A DNA stretch of 64,000 nucleotides from Eledone cirrhosa (GCA_964016885.1 OZ024743.1:286874001-286938000), one strand, 5' to 3'. Counted from the first letter of the stretch, positions 11,851 to 26,617 are shown. Numbers and translations are program-made. The notes: a model not told the origin generated them from the sequence alone.

Positions 11851-14689
11851 ATGTATATATATAGATATGTGTGTGTGTGTATATATATAAAAATATGAAA
11901 GGGTAAGGTATTGTCTAGACACATGTATCCACGCTATGCGTGTTTGTAAGAATTATGCAGGTGCAATGGTATAAGAAGATCTGAGAGAAAAAAAATATAT
12001 ATATATTATAGAATGTCTCCTTCTTTTTCTAAGATAGTAGGTAGAAATTAGATAGTGATTTAATTGCTATTTCTAGCAAACTGAGTGACCATGTAGAAGA
12101 TATTTTGTTGAATAATTCTCTCTCTAAATTGTAGATATTTCCCTCTACATCAGAACACATTAATATAACATATTGCGTTCTTACTTTATTGACTGTAGTA
12201 AACACAGGCTACCAGGAGTGTTGTTACATTCAATTATCATAGGCATACGCTCTCCTTCCAATTTATAGTTATGATAGTAATTGAATATAATTAGTAGCAT
12301 TTAAGCAGACTACGTAGGTTAGCAAGTCAGTAAAAGCAAAAATATGTAGTATATTTAAATGATAAGAAGTTCAGAAAGCCAATACAGTGGAGATAGAAAT
12401 ATAAAGGTGGTACTAGGGTAATATATCTCATCATGATATTTTAAGGTAAATATTTTGTTTTCAAATGAATGTAGAAAAAATGATAAAACAATGCATTCTG
12501 CTCTGATGTTGTGTGTGTGTGGAGCAGTCATAAAAGCTACTTCATGAAGCTCTGTTCTATTGTCCATTTCTAGTATATTCAGTATATTAAAGTGTCCTGA
12601 TGTAAAGGAAAACACATAACATTTTGAACAGAATTTTTCATTGGAAAAAGATGCCATTCTTTACTGAAAAGCTTGACATAAAGTCTAGAATATTTCTCGC
12701 CTTATAATATACTAAAATTGTATCTTTTGCTTTTACTGTAAAGTCATGTTAGGATTTGAAATCAATACAGCAGGCTAATGAAGCACTCAACAATTATACA
12801 GTGCTGCCACTGTTTAGCAGTGTTATTTTGTACGCTCTATTGTCTATATATAGCTAGGTGGACTGACCCAATAGTGGCCAAATATCTTTGTCTTGGACAT
12901 TATGTGATGGGATATGAATTGTCAACCATTCTACTTGTGACCAACACTATCAACTTCATCAATGAGAGATAGCTGATATGTTCATCTTGCATTTTCTACT
13001 CTCAGTCTGGGGCCTTTCCTTTACAGATGGTCTCAAATAGAATACTTTTGATCATATTTCTGCTCAATCAGGGCTGACTTTGGGCTAAACAACAGCAATT
13101 CTATCAACTCAGTGAACCATTACTATATGCTTATTTAAAGTATAATTCTATTGGAATATTCCCAAAGCACCATGTCGATATTTAAAAATTTTGTTTACAT
13201 TTATTCATTTATTGTACCATAAAAATGTATTTCCCTGTAGCAAGGTCTTTTACTCTATAGTTCTTTATTTTTTAGTTCTTTGTGTGGTTTTAAATCAATA
13301 CAGCTCTTGCCAGTAAATATATTCATTTTATAAAGATGTATTGGAAAAGTGAAGCAAAAAGAAAAAATGACCCTCCCCCCCTCTAAAAAATAGAAAATAG
13401 AAAATGAAGAAAATTATTGAAATTGCTGGTTAAGACAGGAACAAATATATTTTTTCATTATAATGGATACAAAAATATATTTGGCCAAGATATAATGCTC
13501 CAAAGGTTGATTAATGCACGAGAGAAATGACGGACTATTCGTGTAGATTGAATTGTAAGCAAGGGAAGAGGACAGAGAGAAAAAGAATGAGAAAGAAAAG
13601 AAAGAGAGGGGAAAAAAGATGAGAGAGAGAAAAGAAAGAGGGGAAAGAAAAAAGGAGAGAGAGAACAGAAGAGGAGGAAAAGAAAAGAAAGATAGAGAGA
13701 AAAGAGAGGCGAGAAAGAAAAGAAAGAGAGAGAAAAGAAGGATGAGAGAGGGTTAGGGCTGGAACAATTCTTTCATAAAGTGGTTCTGAGATGTTATGTG
13801 CAAACCTGAACCATAACCTACAGCAAGTTGTAGTTTGTGTGTATGGGAGGGGAGGGGGATATTGGGAGGTTCAATGTAAATGATTAGCAGATTAAGTGAT
13901 AAGAAAATGTAAAAGGAGTGGGGTGGGGAAAGGCAACAGTAGTGAAGGGTTAATAGCAGATGATGAAGATGATGATAAGGATAAGGATGATAAGTGCGAT
14001 GATGTTCAAAACCAAGTAGATGAAAAAAAATGATGATTTTTATTTTGATAATAATAATTGTCTCTACTTTAGGCACATGACCAACAATTTTAGGGGAGGG
14101 GAAAGTCAATTAAATTGACACCAGTGCATTACTGGTGCTTTATTTTATCGACCCTGTAAGAATGAAAGGCAAAGCTTAAACTCAGTGGGATTTAAGCTAA
14201 GGACGTAAAGGGCCATAACTTTATACCACAAAGTATGTTGTCCAACACTATCAATACTGCCAATTTCTAATTTAAGAAAATAGGCCAGCAATTTAAGGAA
14301 GAGAAAATTCAATTATATCAACCCCCAATATTTGACCAGTACTTTATTTTATTGATCTCAGAAAGGTGAAAAACAAAGTTGACCTTCTGAGTCAACTTTG
14401 CTAATACAGAAAAAGAAAGCAGCATAAATCAGAGGAAAGGGAGGAAAGAGAAAGGACTACTAGATAAAGGAAGAAAGAAAGGGCATGGGGAGAGGGTGAC
14501 AGACTCTACACCTAGGTCAGAGTGGTGTTTTGGCTGTGCCCCAGGGACAAAATGGCAAAGCCATTTCTGCAGACAATGGCCAGCAACACCCGCTGCAATG
14601 GCCACTCTACTTTGTGGGATCCTTCCCCAAACAGGCTGCTATTGATCCAATTTTATAGAGGAGGACAGCTATCCAGGGTTCACAAGTTC

Positions 14690-15000
14690 CTGAGATCCTC
14701 AAGTTTCACTTGAAGAGGAAAATCAGAGTGGAGAGGTAAGTGCTGCCTTCAAAGGAATTTGTTGAAAGGTGGGCGAGAGAGGCAAACATGACCTGAATGA
14801 ATGGGCCGACTCTTAGTGTAAGCCTGTAGATTAGCGGGGAAGAACTGGGACAGGGCACTTACCAGAGAACCATAGGTTCTCTGATCTCTAGGGTAAGTAT
14901 AAATCCATAGGGATTTTTTTTCAATCAGTGACTCTCCAATGTCTCCTCCCTATTGAGGAATCTTTTTTGTTTTAATTTTTTATTGTTATCTTTCATTTTT
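14690..15000 (+). mobile_element. Diverged 3' fragment of the Tx1-like family seen at 52441-58353
   Basis: aagtttcacttgaagaggaaaatcagagtggagagg...gaaaggtggg...gggccgactct...ctgtag aligns by eye to 57951-58079. Confidence 0.65.
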
Positions 15001-15114
15001 AACATTGTTAAAATTTGTTTACATGCAAAATCCACACACCAACACATACATACACACACTCTATGTTTTTCTTGATGTAAATCCTTTGTGGTTAATAAAG
15101 AAATCATTCTTCTT

Positions 15115-15652
15115 ATTGCGTTGGTATGGACATGTGATGTGTATGAAGGACAACAGCTATATAAAAAAAGTGCAAAGCAATCAAAATTGATGGAAGCTAC
15201 GGAGTTGGTAGACCAAGAAAAACCTGGGACGAGGTGATAAAAACTGACCTTGCTCACTTACACCTCTCTAAGACAATGACACTGGATCGAGATCTTTGGC
15301 GCTATGCAGTTATACAGAAGACCCACCTTCCCATGCATACAAACTTAAACCGACAGTCAGTAGGCACCTCTTAATCCAATATACACCCCACCCACACCCC
15401 CTAGTTCATCCTCCCATTTCCATGTAGGTGACACGACAAAAAGCATCCAGTCCACACTGTAAAGTGGTTGTGTAGGAGACACGGTGAAAAGGCTCCCAGT
15501 CCACACTGTAAATGTGGTTGGTGTTAGGAAGAGCATCCAGCTGTAGAAAACCTGCCAGAAATAGTTCTGTATCCCAACCAATCTCGCCTCAAATGGGACA
15601 AAACCATCCAGCATGGAAGATGGACGTTCAACAATGATGATCATGATGATGA
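15115..15652 (+). mobile_element. RTE 3' fragment, degenerate
   Basis: [12 protein letters not shown]; GRPRKTWDEVI; gat tail. Confidence 0.8.
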
Positions 15653-16603
15653 CAGCTCATGGCAGAATTGTTAGAGCATTGGACAAAATATGTTACAAAT
15701 ATTGTTTTATCTCTTTAAAATTCAATCCTGTTTGATCTTGTCTGTCATCCTTTTGAGTTGGATAAAAATACTTGTGGGAATTCAATTGACTACAGCCTTC
15801 TAATATTAGCTACTTTATGTCAATGTTAGAAATACTTATTATTATTAGTGTTATTTTTTTATGATAAAGCGCAGAATAGGTAAAGTGTCACAGTGTCTTA
15901 TGGTATTTAATTACTTTTCTTTATGTTCTGAGTTTAAATTTTGCTGTGGTTGAGTTTATCTTCTTGGATTATTTTAGAATTGATAAAATAAAGTGTCAGT
16001 TAATCAACTTAGAAATCCTTATTATAAAGATAGTGGAGCAGATGGTATATAAAATGCCTTATAGTAATTAGTTATGTTGCTTTATATTCAAATCCTGCTT
16101 GGAACATATTTGCCTTTCATCATTCTGATTATTACTGTTAACAAAATACTATAAAGTACCAGCTGAACTTGACTGTCCCTTTAAGTGGACATAAAGCAAA
16201 ATATATGTCTTAGGAAGAATAAAAAAAAGTTTTAAAGAATTAATTTAAAACTCCCTATGTGCTAAAACAAGATATTTTATGAGCCATCAAGAAACAACTA
16301 ATGAAGAGCCTCTACACTAAGTTTGAGAAATTGTTTTATTACCAGGCATGAATTGAAATCATCATCATCGTCATTTTCCTCCTCCTCCTTCTCATCATCA
16401 TCATTTTATGTCCATTTTTCCATGCTTGGGTTTGATATGTTTTTCCAGTACCAGTCTTGTATTGGGACAATATAATTGAGTATATAAGGAATTTAGAGCA
16501 AGGAATTATAAGGAATTATAAGGAATTTAGAGGATGTGAATAGAAAGAGAAAGATGGAATGCTGGAGAAACATAGAGAAAAAATGGAAGAGAAATGATTG
16601 GAG

Positions 16604-16659
<56 letters not shown>

Positions 16660-16706
16660 CCTGGATTAAATCCTTCTCTTAATGCTTACCTGTGTTTTCT
16701 CTTTTA

Positions 16707-16776
<70 letters not shown>

Positions 16777-17309
16777 TTGTGGGTAGAAGGACTGTGGTGG
16801 GAGTAATAGAGAAATGAAAAAGATGATAAAATGAGATGGATCAGAAGAAGTCAACTTATTGCTACTTTATGGCTAAAGTTCAGAATCAGTTAAAAAACTA
16901 TAAAATGAGACAAGTAAAGCAAAAAATATTCCCATGTCAAGCATAATACTATTGATATATGTAGATTTATACAGATTTATACAGTGAGTAAAGACAGCTG
17001 AGCATAGAGATGTCTTGCATCAAGTCTCTATCACAGTATCATTGGTGGAGAATTGAAAGATGTATAAATGGTGATGAAAATAGAAGATTGTGATGATAAT
17101 GGTGGATGGTGGTTGATGGAATATATAATAAAATGCAATAAAATATTTTGAAAACAAACATACATACAAACATACATACATATATACATACATAAACACA
17201 TACATACATACACACACACATACATACTTATATACATACATAAATATACCCACACATACATACCCGACTCTCTATTGTAAAAATTTATAAAATTATAAAA
17301 TCAGAAGAA

Positions 17310-17680
17310 CATACGTACATATATACATGATGGCTGTCCCCTCGTTATCGAGTATGGCCATTGCACGATATAACATAATTAATAATTATCGATTAATGCT
17401 ATCGTGCAATGACTGTGCATAAAGATTTTTTTAAAAGTGAGGAAAGACTGTGCACTGAGCCAATCCCACTCTCTGAGCAACAGTAGCTATAACCCCAAAA
17501 GAAGAAAAGATCAACATCATCAGTAACTACTGAGCTGTAGGTTTTATGTCGGAGTTATCCCAGTTTCCTAAGTTGCCTTCATCTAGAAGAATGCCCTGAG
17601 AAAGGCTAGGGGTCCTTCACTCCCAGTGACTTAACCGCATAAACGGGTATCCAGCCTGATTATTTCTATGTCCCCGCGCA
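17310..17680 (-). repeat. Unclassified interspersed repeat; opposite-orientation copy at ~21466-21770
   Basis: cactgggagtgaaggacccctagcc...aactccgacataaaacct...gggttatagctactg shared by both copies. Confidence 0.7.
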
Positions 17681-18351
17681 TATACATACACATGCATACA
17701 TGTATATACTAGGGGCGAAGGGTCCGTGCATGCAATGCATGCAGTGCATGCATTATAGAATCTTGAGTTGATCAATTGTGTTGGTTGAAGCAAGCAGAAT
17801 TTTGGCTGCTTAATAAAATGTATAGACACAAAAATAGATAACACACACACACACATACACACAAACACACGGCAGATTTGAGGCAAGCAGAATTTTGACT
17901 GCTTACTAAATCGTAGACACATAAAAAGATAACACACACACACACACACACTAGATAACACTACATGCGGCTTTGACCAGGAGGATCATTTAGAGGGAAT
18001 GGGAGGGGGAGGGTAAGGCTGCACAGCCCCACTTTCCGCCATGGCGATTGGACTGCATGCCCTGCTTTCCAGGTTACCCTTTGCCACTGCTATATACATA
18101 TATACATATACACATATATACATATGTATATACATATTTACACATTTTTGGAACTCATGAGTTCTTCCGCTCTTTGTCAGGTTTTGTTTTTTGTCCTACA
18201 GTGTGTCCAAAATCACCCTCCTCACCAAGTAAACTTGGTGGGATTGCTGGTTTAGTCGCCGACGACCTGAACATGTGATAGGTTGTACTGGGTTACATGT
18301 TACCAGTAGCACTCAAGAGTGACCTGATATAGTATGCATATTTACATATAC

Positions 18352-19616
18352 ATAGCTTTTGTTGACTTGGAGAAAGCCTTCAACAGAGTCCCCCGTTCCA
18401 TTATCTGGTGGGCTCTTAGAAAACTAGGTGTTGATGAATGGCTTGTGAGAGCTATACAAGCCATGTATAAAGAAACAGTCAGCAAGGTTAGAATTAACAA
18501 CGAATATAGTGAAGAGTTTAGCGTAAAAGTTGGTGTCCATCGGGGCTCTGTTCTTAGCCCCCTACTATTTATTATTGCCCTTCAGGCTATAACAGAGGAG
18601 TTCAAGACCGGCTGCCCATGGGAACTGCTATACGCAGATGATCTAACGCTCATAGCTGAATCAATGACCGAGCTAGAGAAGAAATTCCAAACATGGAAGC
18701 ACGGCCTAGAATCAAAAGGCCTTAAAATTAACCTGGCTAAGACTAAAGTTCTAGTTTGTAGGAAAGAAAATAAGGCGCCGGTCCCTTCCGGGAAATGGCC
18801 ATGCTCAGTGTGTAGGAAAGGCGTAGGTAGAAACTCCATTTTATGTCCCAAATGCAAAGTATGGGTGCATAAAAGATGTAGTGGGATCACAGGTAAGCTA
18901 ACTAAGAACATAGATTTTACATGTGGCCGGTGCTCTGGTGCAATAAGTAGCAGCAAGTGCCCACAAAATACTAGCTCTTTCAATTGCGCAGAGGGTTCTA
19001 TAGAAATAGTGGACAGCTTCCGTTACCTGGGTGACAAAATCAGCAGTGGGGGAGGATGCTCTGAAAGTACAGTAGCTAGAGTCAGAACTGGATGGAAAAA
19101 GTTCAGAGAGCTTATACCACTATTAGCCGCTAAAGGGTTCTCCCTAAAAATGAAAGGCAGGTTGTATGATGCCTGCATACGAACAGCAATGTTGCATGGC
19201 AGTGAGACCTGCCTTACCTAAATACAAAGTAAAACCTACTACAGTCAGTAGGCATCTCTAACAAAACACACCCCGTCCCACCAACCCCACCCCATCCACA
19301 CCGCCCCTTTCAATGAAAAGTTATGTTGGTGCCACAACATCCAGGCCAAAACAAATGAGATCGTGTAGGTGTCACGACAAAAAACACACAGTCCACACTG
19401 TAATGTAGCTGTGTAGGCAACCCGGTAAAAACCTCCCAGCCCCACACTGTAAATGTGGTTGGTGTTAGGAAGGGCATCCAACTGTAGAAAACCTGCCAGA
19501 CAGTCCTATGCGAGCAAGACAATCACTCTTGCCTCAAGTGGGAAAACCCCCATCCAAACCCATGCAAGCGTGGAACACGGACGTTAAACGTTGATGATGA
19601 TGATGATGATGATGAT
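18352..19616 (+). mobile_element. RTE LINE, 5'-truncated, RT + PHD-like finger, with internal deletion
   Basis: AFVDLEKAF, GVHRGSVLSPLLF, YADD, CSVC...CPKC...HKRC...CGRC; (GAT)n tail. Confidence 0.92.
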
Positions 19617-19630
19617 ACATACATACATAC

Positions 19631-19662
<32 letters not shown>

Positions 19663-19663
<1 letters not shown>

Positions 19664-21445
19664 ACGAAGGAAGTGTTGTAAGGAACCAAGTGGACCATAA
19701 TGCACCAGAGTGCTCAATACTTTGGGTAGTAGAGTGGGTAATTTCCTGGAAATGACCCTCAACCTCGAAAGTGATCTGTACTACCCATACAGGAAACCAA
19801 ACAACCTACACTACATCCACCGCCACTCTAACCATCCTAGAAACATCACCAATAATCTGGTTAAAAACATCTCCCTCTGCATATCTCGTTTGTCCACTAA
19901 TGAGCAGATATTCGATGAACATGCGCCTTATTACAACCAGGCCCTCAAGCGAAGCGGCTTTCGGGAGGAAATCTCCTTTTCCCCAGCCTCCCCTAGCAGA
20001 ACCAGCAGGCAACGCCGCTGCTCACGCCACGTAACGTGGTTCAACCATCCCCACAATGCCAAGGCTGCAACACCAATCGGGAAAATCTTCTTTAGACTCC
20101 TCGAAAAACACTTCCCACAACAACACCGCTACCACAGCATAATCAACAAAAACACTATCAAACTCTCCTACAGCACCACACCTAACTTCGCACAAAACAT
20201 TGTCTCCCCAAACAACAAGAAACTCAACTGCTATGGAAGAAACAACCTGACATTAGTGGAGAGCCACCAGGAGGTGTAACTGCCCTGATAGATCTACGTG
20301 CCCTCTCAACAACAGATGCCGAGAACGTAACGTGATCTACTAATGCAATGTGAGGACGGAAAACTCCAGCAAAGCTTATATAGGATTAACCGCTTGTGAC
20401 TTTAAGACCCGGCTCTACCAACACCAACATACGTTCCGAAACCCGGCCCGGCGACATGTCACTACACTTTCGGGCCACATCTGGGACCTCCAAGATAATA
20501 ACATAACATACAATCTTACTTGGAGCTTACTGTCCAGGGCTAACTCCTACACTGGAGGATGCCGTCCGTCTAGCTTATGCTCGGAGGAAACAATACAAAT
20601 TCTGTTTACGAAAGACCAACTCCTAAGCAAAAAAGATGAACTTGTAACCGCATGTCAACACCAATTGCATAGGACTTGCCTTGCCCTCAAACTCCCTCAT
20701 GACCCGGGTGGGTAGACAATGGCTGTAACATCCTTCTTTTCCCCATTTGCCAAACAAGATAGGGGAAACCCCAGCATACATTCCCTTTATCTCTTCTTCT
20801 CACTTCCTGCCACTCCCTCTCCTCTTCCTTTTCCTTTTTCCTCTTTCACTTACCCTGAGGCAGCCCATTGGGCTTTTGTAGCTTCAGTACCCCCACCCCC
20901 GTAAATTCTATATAGCATTGGCCGAAAACGTAATACCAGCTAAAAATATAGCAGCTGGTTTAGACTCTAGTTTTTTTATTATTTTTTTAATAATTTTTTT
21001 AATATTATTTTTTATTTATTATTTTTTTATTTTTTTATTTTAATTTTTAAATTTTATAACTTCCCACTCTCAGATTCCTCTAGAATTCTTTTTTCGCCTG
21101 CTTTCTAGCTAGCCTAATTCCTCCACACTCCTTAGAATTTGCTGTATAGAATTCACTTTCAACACTTGACCGGCTTCACCCACTCCCTCATTGTTCTACA
21201 GGCAAGTCCAGCCACCCCAACCCCCACCCACCGCCATGAAAGATTTAATTGTGTTTACAAGAAATTTTGTCCAATCCTTTTGACAACTACAATCTTCAAG
21301 AAATGCATGATTATCGCACGCCGATATATAGAATTACCCTTAGAAAAGTTCGGCTATTTATTACCATGCTAAAAATCTAATTTAGTCCAGAAATAGCCGT
21401 CAAAACAGCTTGAGCTCTGCCGTCGGAGTCTTGAACATTTTCATA
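19663..21445 (+). mobile_element. Penelope-like element, 5'-truncated (RT thumb + C-terminal GIY-YIG), disrupted
   Basis: NFLEMTLNL, YRKPN, TWFNHPHN, KLSYSTTPN, CNC..CPL, YIGLTACDFKTR, CQH; (TA)n flanks. Confidence 0.85.
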
Positions 21446-21989
21446 TATATATATTTTTTTTTTTGCCCGGGGACATTGAAATAATGGGGCTGGATACCCG
21501 ATCGTGCAGTTAAACCACTGGGAGTGAAGGACCCCTAGCCCTTGTCAGAGCATTCTTCTAGGAGAAGGCATCTCAGGAAACTGGGTTAACTCCGACATAA
21601 AACCTGTGGCTCAGTAGTTACCTATGATGTTGATCTTTTCTTCTTTTCGGGTTATAGCTACTGTCGCTCAGAGAGTGGGATTGGCTCAGTGCACAGTCTT
21701 TCCTCACTTTAAAAATATTCTTCACGCACAGGCATTGCACGATTGCATTAATTAATAATTATTAATAGTGTTATTATTATTGTTATTATTGTTATGACCA
21801 TGCTGTAAATGGAGGAGTAGAGAGGGCCAATGAGTCTAGTAAGACATCCTCTCTAGTGCTGGTGGCATGAATAAAAGCACCCAGTCCATGCTGTAAAGTG
21901 GCACTGGTGTTAGGAAGGGCATCGAACCAGTGTATTAATGCCAAAATAATTATGAGCACAACAACAAATATATATCGCAATAACTGCGT

Positions 21990-24900
21990 AAACAGCAATA
22001 ACACTAACCATTTTAGGGCTGCGCACGGTAGTGGGGTGGCTGGTGCGGCCATGTGCAAGAACTCCCAACCGTCTTCAAGCAATCACACTACAGGAAAAGG
22101 AACAAAAATATGAAGACGTCGCATCTCAGAGTTGCAACACTTAATGTTGGCACTCTCACAGGTAGATCTGGTGAAATAGCGGGGATGCTGGAGAGAAGGC
22201 ATGTGGATGTGTGCTGAGATGGAGAGGTGCCTCTGCGAGACTAATCGCAGGCAAACATCTTAGTTATAAGCTTTTCTGGGTAGGTAAGGATGATGGGTTG
22301 GGGGAGTAGGCATTTTCCTGGCTGAGAGATGGATCGATAAGACAATAGAGGTAGTTCAAGTTAATAATAGAATAATTAAGCTTAGATTAGTTGTAGGCAG
22401 GAGACTACTGACAAACATCTCTGCCTATGCTCCCCAAGCAGGCCTAGGTAAAGAAAAGAAAGACTGCTTTTACGAGCAACTTTTACAAACAGAAGACGGA
22501 GACAACCTTATGTTAGCAAGGGACTTCAATGGTCATGTTGGACAGCTCCAGGATGGTTACACTGGGGCACATGGTGGGCACGGTTATGGCTCAAGAAATG
22601 AAGGAGTGAGACTTCTTGAATTTTGTGATGCAAGTACACTAACCATTGGCAACACTAACTTCCAGAAACCTGCCAACCACCTAATAACCTACAAATCAGA
22701 CGAGCACATAATCCAGATTGACTTCTTACAAATTAGGCTGTGGGACAGGCAGATAGTGTCAAATACCAAGGCATACCCTGGGGAAGAATGTACCCCACAG
22801 CATAGGTTAGTCGTTAGTAATATCTCAGTAAGCAAGAGACGGAATGAGACATACAGGAAGGTGTGGAGAAGAAAGGTTTGGAAGCTAAAAGACCTTTCAC
22901 TAAAATACAAATTTAGAAGACGATTTAGAGTTGTATGACATAGATGATAACTGGAATTTCTTATGTGACAACTTACTGCAGGCTACTGATGAAACTTATG
23001 GCTGGAGCAGAGCTCCAACCAGACAGAGAGTGACCTGGTGGTGGAACAGCATGGTAGATAGGGCCATTAGAGACAGAAGACTAGCATGGAGGGCTTGGAA
23101 ACAGGGTGGGAGTAGGGAAGGATATACAGCTGCTAAGAGAGAAGCTAGACGTCAGGTGTACTTAGCACGCAGGGAGGCGGAGAGTAGGAGGTTTGCCAAT
23201 GTTCTGCGATGGGAAGATCAGAGACGTGCGGTGTTCCATATTGTAAGGCAGTGTGTCAATGCAAATCAGGATGTTGTTGGAGATAAATGTGTCCAGAATG
23301 ATGCCGGTGTACTTAGTGTCACGAATGATCAGAAAAAGGAGGCCTGGAAATGTCATCATGAGAGACTGATGAATGTGGAGAACGAAATTACCCTCAGTAG
23401 ATCCGACAGAGGGACCAGCTATTGAGATTGACGAATATAGGGTCCAAGAGGCGATTAAGGAAATGAAAAATGGTAAGGCTGCTGGACCGTCAGGGATAGT
23501 TGTTGTGATGCTGAAGGCATCAGGGGACGTAGGCACTAAACTGGTTGCATGCATCATCAATCAGGCTATATATGGTGGTGTCATACCCAAAGACTGGTGG
23601 AGCAGTATTCTCATAAATTGCTACAAAGGTAAAGGGGATGCTCTAGAGAGGAGCAATTATATGGGCGTAAAACTGATGGATCAGGTTATGAAAGTGGCAG
23701 AAAGGATATTAGCACAACTAATTAGAGAAAGGGTCAAACTAGATGAGATGCAGTTTGGTTTTGTGCCTGGGAAAAGTACAACAGATGACAACTACAAGAG
23801 AGGTTCTTAGAGAAGAATAAGCCACTATACTTAGCTTTTGTTGGCCTAGAGAAGGCCTTTAATAGGGTACCCTGATCTGTCATCTGGTGGTCCCTAAGGA
23901 AACTAAGTGTTGAGGAATGGCTTGTGAGGACAGTGCAAACTTTGTACAGAGGTGCTGTCAGTAAAGTGAGGGTAGGAATGGAGTTTAGTGAGGAATTCCA
24001 GATACAAGTAGGAGTACATCAGGGTTCGGACCTCAGCCCGCTCTTGTTCATTATAGACCTCCAAGCCATAACAGAGGAGTTTAAGACTGGCTGTCCATGG
24101 GAACTTCTCTATGCTGACGATCTGGTTCTTATAGCAGAATCAGTAGAGGAGCTAGAGAATAAATTCTGGCTATGGAAACAGCAGTTGGAAGCAAGAGGAC
24201 TGAGAGTGAACCTAGCTAAGACAAAAGTGTTGATGAGTAGAAAAGAGGACAAAACTCTGATTCCGTCAGGGAAATGGCCATGTTCGATATGCAGAAAAGG
24301 AACTGGTATAAATTCTATAAAATGCACACAATGCACATCTTGGGTACACAAGAGATGTAGTGGGATAGCAGGCAAACTAACAGGTAGGGAGATATATGTA
24401 TGCAGTAGATATACAGGGAAATTAGACTGTAGAAGTCGCATTGATAAACACATTTTTCAAATGCAGGTGGGTGCTATAGGAGCGGTTGATAGCTTCCAGT
24501 ACCTAGGAGATCAGATTAGCATGGGAGGGGGGTGTTCCAATGCCATAGTATCTAGAATAAGGACGGGTTGGAAGAAGTTTAGGGAGCTGCTTCCTCTGCT
24601 GACGAAGAAGGGTTTCTCCCTGCGTATGAAAGGCCGGTTATATGATGCCTGTGTGAGGAGCGCGATGCTGCATGGTAGTGAGCCATGGGTAGCAACTGCA
24701 GAGGATATGCGATGGCTGGAGAGAAATGAGGCAAGCATGCTCCGTTGGATGTGCAGTGTAAATGTGCGTGAACAACTGAGCATGGATGTGTTGAGAGAGA
24801 CACTGTGTCTGAGAGGGATAGATTGTAGTGTGTGAGAGAGGAGACTGAGGTGGTATGGACATGTGATGCGCATGGAGGATGACTGATGGGTGAAGAAGTG

Positions 24901-25102
24901 CCAGGAATTGCCAGTTGAAGGAAGACATGGTAGAGGTAGACCGTGAAAAACATGGGCGGAGGTGGTGAGAGTAGACCTCAGGTTGTTGAAGCTCACAGTG
25001 GAGATGACGAAGGACCGTGACAAGTGGAGAGATATTGTGCTGAATAGGACTCGTCTCACCCTTGCAAGTAGGGAAAAGCGGACATAAAATGATGATGATG
25101 AT
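21990..25102 (+). mobile_element. Near-full-length RTE LINE, pseudogenised (APE + RT + PHD-like finger)
   Basis: LRVATLNVGTL (~22126), DFNGHVG, QFGFVPG, GVHQGS, YADD; multiple stops and frameshifts; (GAT)n tail 25091-25102; 5' boundary uncertain. Confidence 0.9.
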
Positions 25103-25779
25103 ATATATATATATATATATAGATAGATAGATACATGTACATATATACATATATACATATACACATTTACATATACATATCTACACATACATAATACTTA
25201 AATACATACATACATACATCCCAGTGGGAGCATCCAATGTTGCCAATGCTCCCAAAAAGCACACCAGATGTGAAGCAAAATTAAGGTGATACTGACCGTT
25301 TCCTCCAACTACTGAGGTGTTGTGCATCACAAATATACACCTGAAGAACAAACAGTTACAAAGAAGTAATATGAGAAAGTCCTCCAACATCTTCTTGTTT
25401 CCCTTGCTGTCCTCCGGGGAAACGCCTTTTCCATTCTGTCTGCCGGAGCTGGGGGGAGGGGGGGGGGGGCATTACGTATCATTCCACTGAATCAAGTTTT
25501 GAAAGTATACATACATACATTGGAGTATCACATGTGAATAATCCATTTTTGGCATTATTCTTACTATAACTCAACCTCCAACCATGAATTTATTTCTAGC
25601 TGTTTGTGTTTACTCTACCCCCTTATTTCCACCCCAGATGCAATAATAAAATAAAAGAAAAAAAACGAAAGAAAAATTCTGCCAAAACAAAAAATACAAA
25701 AATAAACAAAATAAAAGAAAAGGAACTCTTCTTGATGTGGTTTGGTGCAAAAGACAAGATCTGTGGGTCTCAAAAATTG

Positions 25780-26110
25780 TAGCTGTATCATGACAATCCC
25801 CTGATTCATTCGTCACAGCTGATCCAAGGTTTTTTGGCAAAGAGAGGCCTTTTGCACATTTGCCTGGCCCCCTACTCTTCAGACGTAATTCCTTCTGACT
25901 TCTTTGAGTGGCATAAGGACATCATGTTGACTATGATAACAGAGCTGAGAACTATTCTGGAAATAGGATTCTATATACACACCAAACAGTAAAAGGATTG
26001 CTGGGATGGGTATGGAGGCTCAAGGGGCGTATTTCAAAGGGGATTAGCAACTGAACACCACCAAGTACTACATTTTTTCTCCAGGTTAAGGTTGAATATT
26101 TTTTCAACAG
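25780..26110 (+). pseudogene. Tc1/mariner transposase relic
   Basis: tggccccctactcttcagac..ccttctgacttcttt resembles WPPYSPDL.P.DFF; gaggctcaaggggcgtatttcaaaggggattag = EAQGAYFKGD* resembles a mariner C-terminus. Confidence 0.5.
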
Positions 26111-26617
26111 ACTTTGAAGACATAAATTCATCATCATTTTTCACATTCACTTCCCCATGCTTGCAGTTGTTATGTGTTGGGTAGAATACCTTGTGGTATT
26201 TATTCAAGCTCTCTGATTTCAAATTCTATGGAGGTTAAATTTGCTTTTCATCCAATGGAGGTCAATAAAAAAAAGTAACAGTCCATTGAGTCTTCTTTTA
26301 TCCCTCTCAGTCACCCCCCCCTCTCTATAAAAAATTGAGGACTTACAGAGGAAGGATCAAAAACTCTCTATTTCTCTCTTCCTCACTCTTATATATATAT
26401 GTGTATATATATATATATATATGCAAAAAGGGAACATGAATAACAACACAGTACAATGAAGAAAAATATCAGTTTAATGCTTGGTATAGTAGGAAGATAG
26501 AATGAGAAATAGAAAGATAGAGTGAGGAGAGGAAGAAATGGGGAAAAATCTGAGAAAAAAAAACACATACATATTCAGTCAGCCATTTTTTAGAAGAAAA
26601 ATATATACTGTATATAC

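Noticed and set aside
12355-12657. 100-aa minus-strand ORF with an acceptor-like tttacatcag
   Set aside because: No recognisable domain or clear donor; compatible with chance
20850-20936. HHR candidate CTGAGGC...GAAAACGTA in the PLE 3' region
   Set aside because: Core deviates and stem I does not pair; at best a decayed ribozyme
17310-21770. Inverted repeat pair as TIRs of a 4.4-kb composite transposon
   Set aside because: Copies are diverged, have different extents and no TSD; independent insertions are simpler
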